This document shows, piece by piece, positions 57,535 through 64,000 of a stretch of DNA of 64,000 bases. This DNA comes from Minisyncoccota bacterium (GTDB lineage Bacteria > Patescibacteriota > Minisyncoccia > Phycocordibacterales > Phycocordibacteraceae). Every line of letters starts with the position of its first letter. Positions within the stretch are counted from its first letter, which is position 1. The position numbers and the translations under genes are program-made. The stretch is from NCBI GenBank assembly GCA_022842945.1, contig JALHOO010000001.1, forward strand, positions 157,830 through 221,829, in the 5' to 3' direction. The notes below the pieces were generated by a model. That model saw only the letters and a list, made by a program, of their open reading frames with translations. It made no database searches and had not been told where the DNA came from.

Positions 57535-57562
57535 AAAAAACCGCCCAGGTGGGCGGTTTTCT
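57535..57562. terminator. Terminator after rpmA
   Basis: aaaaccgccc-aggt-gggcggtttt. Confidence 0.65.
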
Positions 57563-57574
57563 AGGAGAGAAGTA

Positions 57575-57853
57575 TTACGCGGGGACAACGTCTACAACCT
57601 TCTTGCGGACAACGCGTCCATCAAAGTTGGTCTTGCGGCGGTCGCGGAAGAGGATTTTGCCTGTCACCATCGAGTAGAGGGTGTGGTCATGGCCTACTTT
57701 CACGTTCTTTCCAGCCTCAATCTTAGTACCGCGCTGGCGCACGATAACCATGCCTGGGCGAGCTGCCTGGCCGTCATAGAGCTTAACCCCCAGGAATTTT
57801 GGTCCTGAGTCTCGTCCGTTTTTGGTAGATCCTCCTGCTTTTGTATGTGCCAT
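57575..57853 (-). CDS. rpmA: 50S ribosomal protein L27
   Basis: [24 protein letters not shown] conserved start with an AAGGAAAG Shine-Dalgarno. The ORF track reads through further upstream. Confidence 0.9.
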   Translation of the reverse strand: MAHTKAGGSTKNGRDSGPKFLGVKLYDGQAARPGMVIVRQRGTKIEAGKNVKVGHDHTLYSMVTGKILFRDRRKTNFDGRVVRKKVVDVVPA

Positions 57854-57878
57854 ACTGCTATACTTTCCTTTAGTACCT

Positions 57879-58289
57879 ATGAGTATACCAGACCAAGAAA
57901 GGAAGGACAAGGAAGGTCTGGGCCGTATTCCTACCGACCTCCTTATTGTCCTTGTGGTTATACTCTCTGCCACCCTAGCGTTCGGGCTCGGAGTGCTTGC
58001 GGGAAAGGATATGGCAAAGCCCAACGGCAAAGACGGGTTCTGGATAGAGCAGCTGCCTCAGAGACCTGAAGTGAGTGGGGGAGGGCCTGCGGCGGCTATA
58101 GAGGCCATTGAGGAGCCTGTAGTTGAAGGACCTAAGGTCTATATGGCCTCAAAAACTGGCACCAAATACTACTTGCCAACCTGCGGCACCGCCAAGCGCA
58201 TTAAGGAAGAGAATAAGGTGTGGTTTAGTACCAAAGACGAGGCTGAGGCGGCTGGGTACGGACCCGCTGCAAACTGCCCAGGACTGTAG
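57879..58289 (+). CDS. Membrane-anchored protein with C-terminal Ada-like zinc-binding ('sunset'-type) domain
   Basis: An N-terminal TM, then [39 protein letters not shown], which resembles the Ada_Zn_binding pattern C...I...N.V.F.S..EA..AGY.PC..C. Confidence 0.5.
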   Translation: MSIPDQERKDKEGLGRIPTDLLIVLVVILSATLAFGLGVLAGKDMAKPNGKDGFWIEQLPQRPEVSGGGPAAAIEAIEEPVVEGPKVYMASKTGTKYYLPTCGTAKRIKEENKVWFSTKDEAEAAGYGPAANCPGL

Positions 58290-58303
58290 GGTAGAATAGG
58301 GTC

Positions 58304-58909
58304 ATGATCGTCCTAGATGTTGAGACTACTGGCCTCATCCCACACAAGCATTCCATTCTTTCTCTTGGTGCACTCGACCTGAACGACCCCACGAATCAGT
58401 TCTATGAGGAGTGTCAGGTGTGGGAAGGAGCAGGTGTTGACGAAGATGCGCTGCGTATCAATGGCTTTTCCAAAGAGGAAGTAACAGGACAGGGGAGTAT
58501 GAAGCAGACCGAGGCGGAACTTATAACGGCCTTCGTCGCCTGGGCCACAGACCGCCCTCAAGACCGAACGCTTGCCGCACAGAACCCGTCGTTTGATTTG
58601 GAGTTTGTGCAGGCAGCGTGCGCACGTGCGGGAATAGACTGTCCGTTTGCAAAGCGCACCATAGACGTGCATACGGTTGCGTGGGTGCATATGGTTGAGC
58701 ATGGTGTGGAGCCTCCAACCAAGAACGGACACTCAGCCATTAATCTCGATACTGCACTTAAATACTGCGGTGTGCCCGAGGAACCCAAACCACACAATGC
58801 GCTCATGGGCGCTATGTGTCATGCCGAGGTTATCTCGCGCATAGCGTATACTAAGAAATTATTGCCCGACTTTAGCTCTTTCGATATTCCATGGGAGACG
58901 AACCGATAA
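58304..58909 (+). CDS. DEDD-family 3'-5' exonuclease (DnaQ-like)
   Basis: MIVLDVETTGL Exo I motif; the downstream Exo II/III acidic residues are plausible. Confidence 0.7.
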   Translation: MIVLDVETTGLIPHKHSILSLGALDLNDPTNQFYEECQVWEGAGVDEDALRINGFSKEEVTGQGSMKQTEAELITAFVAWATDRPQDRTLAAQNPSFDLEFVQAACARAGIDCPFAKRTIDVHTVAWVHMVEHGVEPPTKNGHSAINLDTALKYCGVPEEPKPHNALMGAMCHAEVISRIAYTKKLLPDFSSFDIPWETNR

Positions 58910-59682
58910 TCACCACGCCAACGATGAGCCTCTACGCCCCTGACGAAGGGGAGACAAAAGAGGTGCGTAATCGCGAGATGGGTAACGTGCTTACTCGTGC
59001 CATTGAGGAAGGGAAGCACGAGGTACCCACAAACCCAGCACCCCTCGTATGTAAGCCGCAACAGCTTGAGAGCTGGAGAGTGTTTAAGATCATGGCGGAG
59101 TTCGTAGACGGCTTTGATCTCCTAAAGAAGTACGGTCTTGCCGCTACCTTCTTTGGAAGTGTTCGTCTTACCCCTGAGGACCGGTACTACCAAGAGGCGG
59201 TAGAGCTCGCAGGTGTCCTCGCCAAGGAAGGCTACGCGGTTATAACGGGAGGCTCAGCAGGCATTATGGAGGCAGGAAATAAGGGAGCACATGATGCAGG
59301 AGGCTCTTCGGTTGGTCTTAATATCCGTCTTGAAGATAAGCAGGCCAACAACGCCTACCTTACCGACTACTTCACCTTCGATCACTTCTTTGTGCGCAAG
59401 GTTATGCTTACGTTCTCCTCAGAGGTATACGTGTACTTCCCAGGAGGCTTCGGTACGCTCGACGAGTTCACGGAAATTCTCACACTGGTGCAGACGAAGA
59501 AGATTAAGCCAGTGCCCATAGTGCTGTACGGCTCTGAGTTCTGGAATCCGTTCGTAGAGCTCTTCCGGAACCATCTTCTTGTAAAGTACGAGACTATTAG
59601 CGAAGAGGATCTCGCACTGTTCGTGGTTGTAGACTCGGTTGATGAAGCCGCGGCGTACATTAAGAAGACCGTAGTCTGCTAA
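58891..59682 (+). CDS. LOG family protein (TIGR00730 Rossmann fold, cytokinin riboside 5'-monophosphate phosphoribohydrolase-like)
   Basis: VFGSVRL, GGSAGIMEAGNKGA and PGGFGTLDEF motifs. Confidence 0.75.
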   Translation: MGDEPIITTPTMSLYAPDEGETKEVRNREMGNVLTRAIEEGKHEVPTNPAPLVCKPQQLESWRVFKIMAEFVDGFDLLKKYGLAATFFGSVRLTPEDRYYQEAVELAGVLAKEGYAVITGGSAGIMEAGNKGAHDAGGSSVGLNIRLEDKQANNAYLTDYFTFDHFFVRKVMLTFSSEVYVYFPGGFGTLDEFTEILTLVQTKKIKPVPIVLYGSEFWNPFVELFRNHLLVKYETISEEDLALFVVVDSVDEAAAYIKKTVVC

Positions 59683-59690
59683 TTAAGGAT

Positions 59691-59849
59691 ATGGGACTCG
59701 ACTACAGCCAGAAGCGTCTCATCTCTAAAGCGCTCCATAACAAGAAGCATGACGCGCGGAGCGAGCGCTTACGGAAGTACGCCTTCCTCACAGGCGTCAT
59801 GGGTATGCTCGTCTCTCTCGTGCACCTGATCGTGGTTGTGTTGAAGTGA
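59691..59849 (+). CDS. Micro-protein (52 aa), basic N-terminus plus C-terminal TM helix; paralogue of the next ORF
   Basis: MGLDYSQKRLISKALHNKKHDARSERLRKYAFLTGVMGMLVSLVHLIVVVLK. It is not on the ORF track because it is under 60 aa. Confidence 0.45.
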   Translation: MGLDYSQKRLISKALHNKKHDARSERLRKYAFLTGVMGMLVSLVHLIVVVLK

Positions 59850-59888
59850 GTCGTGATATTCTACTTCCATACGAGACCTATATAGCCT

Positions 59889-60023
59889 ATGCCACGACAC
59901 AAGACTAAGAAGCATGCGACACATAAGCCCAAGTTAGGTCTTGAGGTCTATGCATTCTGGACGGGGTTTGCGAGTACTCTTATAAGTCTTCTCCATGTGC
60001 TTATCGTCGCAACGAAAGGATAG
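59889..60023 (+). CDS. Micro-protein (44 aa), paralogue of 59691-59849
   Basis: MPRHKTKKHATHKPKLGLEVYAFWTGFASTLISLLHVLIVATKG shares the KKH...YAF.TG...L(V/I)SL.H(L/V)(I/L)V pattern. Its stop lies 2 nt before the next ATG. Confidence 0.45.
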   Translation: MPRHKTKKHATHKPKLGLEVYAFWTGFASTLISLLHVLIVATKG

Positions 60024-60025
60024 GC

Positions 60026-60229
60026 ATGAAGCGTTTCTATAGCCTCTCCAAAGCACAGCTCCTAACGCTCTTGATATTCGGTGCGGTTGCAACCTACTGG
60101 TCTATCTACAAGGCAAGCTACGCACACTACACCGCAACCATAACGCTTGCAGAAGTACTAAGCTGGCTTATCCCGCTTGTGCTCTTTATGTACACCCTTG
60201 GTTGGCGCGACCATCATAAGAAGAAATAG
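60026..60229 (+). CDS. Small 2-TM membrane protein (67 aa)
   Basis: Two hydrophobic helices; its stop lies 2 nt before the next ATG. Confidence 0.45.
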   Translation: MKRFYSLSKAQLLTLLIFGAVATYWSIYKASYAHYTATITLAEVLSWLIPLVLFMYTLGWRDHHKKK

Positions 60230-60231
60230 AG

Positions 60232-60366
60232 ATGAATACTCCTAAGAAGAAAGTAGTAAAGCCTGAGCCTGGCTATCGGGGAGGGAAGGGAGGTATGAAT
60301 GGCTTTTCGGATAAGGGTGTGAAGAAGCCCGTGCGTGCGACCTACTACGGAAAGAAGGCGCGGTAG
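60232..60366 (+). CDS. Micro-protein (44 aa), Lys/Gly-rich, KGG-like
   Basis: MNTPKKKVVKPEPGYRGGKGGMNGFSDKGVKKPVRATYYGKKAR, translationally coupled to the upstream ORF. Confidence 0.4.
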   Translation: MNTPKKKVVKPEPGYRGGKGGMNGFSDKGVKKPVRATYYGKKAR

Positions 60367-60421
60367 GAAATATGAAGGAGTCTGGACTTTTCGGGGGAAA
60401 AGGATAGGATTCATTTCGGTT

Positions 60422-60516
60422 CGGCGAGATGGCAGAGTGGCTTAATGTTACGGCCCTCGATGGCCGTAGGGGAAGCTCAGACTTCTCTCGCAGGTTCGAA
60501 TCCTGCTCTTGCCGCC
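60422..60516 (+). tRNA. tRNA-Ser (class II, long variable arm; anticodon probably CGA)
   Basis: Acceptor GGCGAGA/TCTTGCC, G73 discriminator, encoded CCA, T-loop GGTTCGAATCC. My hand fold gives an atypical 8-nt anticodon loop. Confidence 0.7.
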
Positions 60517-60542
60517 AACCGTTCTTTAGGCATGATTGATAG

Positions 60543-60617
60543 GGGTGGGTAGCTCAGCGGTAGAGCGCTGGCACTCTGTGTCAGAGGTCGCGGGTTCGAA
60601 TCTCGCCTCTCCCTCCA
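60543..60617 (+). tRNA. tRNA-Arg (anticodon TCT by hand fold)
   Basis: 75 nt with encoded CCA and T-loop GGTTCGAATCT. The anticodon stem CTGGC/GTCAG has a loop ACTCTGT, with C at position 33 (unusual). Confidence 0.6.
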
Positions 60618-60712
60618 ATTATCCTTCACCGTACTGTCCCGGGGAAGCTCCACGCTTGGACTCTCGCCACGTTGGCTTGAGGATTGCAAGGTCGTACCTT
60701 GCCCCCGGTGCC

Positions 60713-60740
60713 CACCGTCTCGTTGAGGCGGTTTTTGTTT
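60713..60740. terminator. Terminator after the tRNA pair
   Basis: ccgtctc-gtt-gaggcgg followed by tttttgttt. Confidence 0.55.
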
Positions 60741-60804
60741 AACTAGAGAAATAAAGTAGAAAAAGGCCGGGGAGTGTTTCCACTCATGATACCGTGCTAC
60801 CTTT

Positions 60805-61230
60805 ATGTTCATGAAGAAACTCAAGCCCTTGATCAAAGCAATTGGAGAGAATTGGTTCAGAATAACTATTCTATTATTGGTTTTGTTGGTCATAGTGATG
60901 GTAAACGGGTACTTGCAAGAACAGAATAGGCTGGCGCGCGAGGCTGCCACTCTTAAGCAAGAAAAAGAAGACAAGGAGTTCGATGCTCAACAGAAAGAGG
61001 CTTGTCTGGCAATCTATAAGCAAGAATCATCGAAGTGGAATAACGTGAATGGGTGGAGATACGCTGATGATCAAGATACTTGTTACGTGGAGTACAGGCT
61101 CAATCCAAGCGAGAAGAAGACTGGGGCAGAGTGTGACGCACTCTACAAGGGAGACGACGGAATTGTGCTATTCGGTTTGATAGATAGCTGGCTTAATTGC
61201 AAGGATGGAGTATTTGAAAACTCATTCTAG
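60805..61230 (+). CDS. Small secreted/membrane-anchored Cys-containing protein (island gene)
   Basis: 141 aa with an N-terminal TM and 4 Cys; markedly lower GC than the upstream genes. Confidence 0.5.
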   Translation: MFMKKLKPLIKAIGENWFRITILLLVLLVIVMVNGYLQEQNRLAREAATLKQEKEDKEFDAQQKEACLAIYKQESSKWNNVNGWRYADDQDTCYVEYRLNPSEKKTGAECDALYKGDDGIVLFGLIDSWLNCKDGVFENSF

Positions 61231-61242
61231 CTAAGAAAACAA

Positions 61243-61277
61243 GAAAGAGACCTCATGAGAGGTCTCTTTCTTTTTAT
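61243..61277. terminator. Intrinsic terminator
   Basis: aagaaagagacctc-atga-gaggtctctttcttttt. Confidence 0.7.
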
Positions 61278-61486
61278 CCTAAACTTAACCATTTCCCCAG
61301 GAGCCAAAAGTGATTTGGGGATAGAGGTCACTTCAGCGGTAACTGGCGCCAGTTAGCTTTACTAAAGAAACTATCTATACCAACAGTCACTCGAGGCGAT
61401 CTCTTAATGGGGAATAAGGTTTCGGAAGGCAACCTAAGACGTACGGGTAGGAATCGAACCAGAAGTACTTTCGTGGCTTTGTAAGA

Positions 61487-61520
61487 CATACTTGGTACAA
61501 TATACGCAGTACATCTAGAG
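61487..61520 (+). repeat. Direct repeat copy A (GTACAATATA...GCAGTACATCTAG)
   Basis: catacTTgGTACAATATAcgcaGTACAtCTAGag, similar to copy B at 62826-62866. Confidence 0.5.
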
Positions 61521-61669
61521 ACACAGAAAGTGGGCCAGGATTAGGAGCAAACGAGAATAGTTCCCTTGGATCTCGATTCACTGAGGAAAGGTATGTGGTG
61601 TAGTCACAAACCCTAGATTCACAGGTGGGTCTGTGGAGGACAAAAAGGGGAGTGTGGTAGGGTAGGTAG

Positions 61670-62386
61670 ATGGCAAAGGTAAGTAATTTTATATTTGTTG
61701 ATGAGGCGGGTGATCCTGGGGCACCGTATTCGATCGGGAATGACGGTGTAAAAATCTCTACGGGTGCGAGCCCTTTTTATATTATTGCCGCATTGTGCGT
61801 AGACGAACGCCAACTTCATTTGATGGAGGACAGGATAATGGCTGTGAAAAGCGCTTTCGGGTATACAAAGGAAATTAAGAGTAACGAAATTTCGCTGCCC
61901 CTCTACAGAGCTCTTCTAGAGATAGTTAATGAACTTGGTGTAAAGATTTATTACTGTCTAGTTGATAAGGCTAATTATCAAGGACAATTTAAAGTCGACG
62001 GAATTCGTGAGCTACACAACGTATTTGACGAGTACCATCTTGTTAAGGCAGTTACTTGCGCTGTTGTCGATGGAGACTTAAGAGATGTAGAAGTTGTAAT
62101 AGATAGAACCGATAGACGCCTTCTCGATGGAAAATTTGAAGCTTTTGATAATTATTTAATTCGGAAGGTCAAAAAGTATTTTGGCGATAAAGATTTTGGG
62201 AGAATAAACCACATCACTCATGTGAATTCTCAGTATGTTAATGCAATGCAAATGTCAGATATTGTGGGGGGAGCAATACGAGATAATTTCACAGGAAAGA
62301 ATACGGATCTCATCGCGGTTCTCTCAGAGGAGCTTCTTATAAAAGCTACCGGTAAAAGGTATAAACCTCTTACAATTGAGATATAA
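61670..62386 (+). CDS. DUF3800-like protein
   Basis: N-terminal FIFVDEAGDPG matches the DUF3800 DESG-type start; the AT-rich codon usage differs from the core genes. Confidence 0.55.
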   Translation: MAKVSNFIFVDEAGDPGAPYSIGNDGVKISTGASPFYIIAALCVDERQLHLMEDRIMAVKSAFGYTKEIKSNEISLPLYRALLEIVNELGVKIYYCLVDKANYQGQFKVDGIRELHNVFDEYHLVKAVTCAVVDGDLRDVEVVIDRTDRRLLDGKFEAFDNYLIRKVKKYFGDKDFGRINHITHVNSQYVNAMQMSDIVGGAIRDNFTGKNTDLIAVLSEELLIKATGKRYKPLTIEI

Positions 62387-62613
62387 AAAGAAAAGGGGGC
62401 GCCCACACCTGGGACACCCTTTTCATTGGTTAGTATACACAAGTAAAGTGTAGGGTCAATGAATATAACGATTTCGTGGCCTAAAATAAGGCTAGAATTG
62501 TCCACATAGCATATTCTGTGTGCATAGTATGCAGGCACGCGTGCGAGAGTCGGCTGGCTGCTCATACTTAGGAAGGGAAGGCTAGATTCGTAGGTAAATC
62601 TATAGTCCCTAAA

Positions 62614-62654
62614 ACCACTTCCCCGAACCCAATTTTTGGGTTTTTGGGGAAGTG
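62614..62654. repeat. Long near-perfect inverted repeat (18-bp arms, 5-nt loop) in an 850-bp non-coding stretch
   Basis: ccacttccccgaacccaa-ttttt-gggtttttggggaagtgg. Confidence 0.6.
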
Positions 62655-62825
62655 GTCACTAATGGCAAATAAGCGCACGGATAAAATTTAGTAGCCACTG
62701 GAAGTTGGAAGAATTATTTTGCCGTCCTTCGTAAAGGGAAGTAGGGGTACAAAAGTGTGCACTAGGTGACATAGATCTGATTCAAAGAATTTAGCCCAGA
62801 AGAGGGGCTCAGGGCTTTCTTATAT

Positions 62826-62866
62826 ATACTTCGTACAATATATCTTTTGCGTAGTACAATCTAGCA
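62826..62866 (+). repeat. Direct repeat copy B
   Basis: atacTTcGTACAATATAtcttttGCGTAGTACAatCTAGc, with 17 of 18 identities in the core plus a shared GTACA..TCTAG tail. Confidence 0.5.
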
Positions 62867-63189
62867 AATAGCTGGGCCGTATTCTATTCAGCCCGCATTT
62901 CTTTCTATACATCTTCTCTCTGTGCGAGCCTCTATACTGCCCTGTGAGCTCTCTGAATATTCGGAGTGATACATCCTATGACTCTGCATTCACCTCTGCG
63001 CGCGCCTACAAAAGATTCTCCACACCACTCCCCCGATTTCTTTAAACCGAGACAGGGGAGTCGTTGTTCAGAGCAGGATACTTTTAGTAGGTGCACTTCC
63101 CTCTCTAGGAAAATAATTTACTTAGGGAAGTGTCCAATGGTTTGGAAGCTTTCAGTTGAGAGACTCTGTATCGTAGTAAAAGGTATGAA

Positions 63190-63222
63190 GAAAGCGCGGA
63201 CGATATGTATCGTCCGCGCTTT
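63190..63222. terminator. Terminator for the minus-strand zinc-ribbon gene
   Basis: aaagcgcggacgata-tgt-atcgtccgcgcttt. Confidence 0.6.
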
Positions 63223-63235
63223 CAGTCATGAAGGT

Positions 63236-63787
63236 CTACTTCTTCTTTGCAGCCTTCTTCGCAACCTTCTTTGGTGCTGCTTTCGCAACTACCTTCTTCT
63301 CAGCCTTAACGGGCTTCTCAGAGCGCTCTGTAGAAGCGGTGAGGATAGAAGAGTACGCTGCGCTCTCAAGGCTCTGGATGAGCGTATCGAGTTTTGCATG
63401 TACAACCGTGAGCTCGCGCTGCATAGCACCAATACGGGGGTCCTCAACTGCTGTCTGGGATGCTGGAGCAAATGAGCGCTCGGAACGCTCAGGACGATCA
63501 GAGTAGCTACGCTTCTCGTACGAGTTGCCGTAGCTGTTTCCTCCTCCGCGAGAGTCGCGTGGAGCCTCGTCACGAACGAAGCAGTTTTTGCAGAATACAG
63601 GCTTCTTGCCGTTTGGGCGGAATGGTACCTCGCAGGCTGCGTGACACTTGCTGCAGCTGGTCTTAAAGGTCTCTGAAGCACCACGAGAGTCCCTATCAAA
63701 GGACTTGCGGGGTCCGCCAAAGCTTGGACGGCTGAAGCTTCCTCCACGGGCGCCAGAAGGCTTAAAGTTTTTCTTGAAATCGTTCAT
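63236..63787 (-). CDS. Zinc-ribbon protein with Arg/Ser/Gly-rich middle and Lys/Ala-rich (histone H1-like) C-terminal tail
   Basis: CSKCHAACEVPFRPNGKKPVFCKNCF (CxxC-x13-CxxC), RS/RG-rich low complexity, and a C-terminal KKVVAKAAPKKVAKKAAKKK. Confidence 0.55.
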   Translation of the reverse strand: MNDFKKNFKPSGARGGSFSRPSFGGPRKSFDRDSRGASETFKTSCSKCHAACEVPFRPNGKKPVFCKNCFVRDEAPRDSRGGGNSYGNSYEKRSYSDRPERSERSFAPASQTAVEDPRIGAMQRELTVVHAKLDTLIQSLESAAYSSILTASTERSEKPVKAEKKVVAKAAPKKVAKKAAKKK

Positions 63788-63927
63788 GCGAGATAGTTAT
63801 TGGGTGATTGGTTTGATTATATCATACGATTATGAAAAATCAATCTATGAGCTCTACATACCCTCCTTTTCGACAAATGGCAAATTCTGTGCAATTCTGC
63901 GCTATAGAAACCTTGGGAGCAAGAAAT

Positions 63928-64000
63928 ATGCACAAGATCCTGATTGTTGAGGATGATCCCTTGATACAGGAAATGTATCAACGCGATCTGGGCGGCTTCG
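63928..64000 (+). CDS. Response regulator receiver domain, 3'-truncated by window edge
   Basis: MHKILIVEDDPLIQEMYQRDLGGF with a GGGAG Shine-Dalgarno 8 nt upstream. Confidence 0.6.
   Translation, partial: MHKILIVEDDPLIQEMYQRDLGGF

Noticed and set aside
61441-61470. GGTTCGATTCC T-loop-like motif on the minus strand suggesting a tRNA fragment or att remnant.
   Set aside because: The flanking bases do not form a T-stem or acceptor stem. It does not match the 3' ends of any tRNA in the window. It is probably a chance occurrence in AT-rich DNA.
1-64000. CRISPR arrays, rRNA genes, prophage structural genes.
   Set aside because: No regularly spaced direct repeats, no rRNA-like sequence, and no capsid, terminase or integrase genes were seen. 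The only mobile-element-like gene is the Y1 transposase homologue.

Overview
A 64-kb chromosomal window, moderately GC-rich, with a compact bacterial gene layout: many 4-nt ATGA/TGA-ATG overlaps and strong GC-hairpin intrinsic terminators between convergent genes. The gene content (short PilB, many pilin-like ORFs, two mreB paralogues, murein hydrolases, weak Shine-Dalgarno use) is reminiscent of a small-genome, possibly CPR/Patescibacteria-like organism. That is inference only.

Blocks I can support:
- 1-900: 3' part of a class I ribonucleotide reductase beta subunit.
- 1.0-2.3 kb: a ParD/RelE-type toxin-antitoxin pair plus a Y1 (IS200-like) transposase homologue.
- 2.3-7.7 kb: a minus-strand type IV pilus/competence-like operon (pilB, pilC, four pilin-like genes including a 460-aa one, and a major pilin).
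- Housekeeping and cell-wall genes: pepA, a 3D-domain protein, GH18, VanY/M15, a hybrid histidine kinase, a SET-domain protein, M23 peptidase, yggT/yggU, tRNA-Asn, glutaredoxin, hpf, fmt, def, a second pilin, murA, an extra mreB, holB, frr, rseP, proS.
- 29.7-33.5 kb: mreBCD-pbp2, then greA.
- 34.6-39.3 kb: a dcw cluster (mraZ-rsmH-ftsL-ftsI-murF) with MraZ-box repeats upstream.
- 39.4-40.8 kb: an unusual cold-shock-domain/4-TM membrane protein lying against tRNA-Glu, then truB.
- 41-59.7 kb: a radC-yqeY operon, a P-type ATPase, rmuC, rplU, recR, dnaB, cysS, corA, ctp, rplI, rpmA, a DEDD exonuclease and a LOG-family gene.
- 59.7-60.4 kb: four tandem micro-ORFs directly upstream of tRNA-Ser and tRNA-Arg.
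- 60.8-63.8 kb: a low-GC island downstream of those tRNAs containing a DUF3800-like gene flanked by roughly 38-bp direct repeats, an 850-bp non-coding stretch with a long inverted repeat, and a zinc-ribbon protein with a lysine-rich tail.
- 63.9 kb: the start of a response regulator.

No rRNA or CRISPR array was seen. The most novel-looking candidates are the CSD-membrane gene at the tRNA-Glu boundary, the tRNA-Ser/Arg-linked island and the micro-ORF family. All functional calls are from motif recognition by eye; no searches were run.
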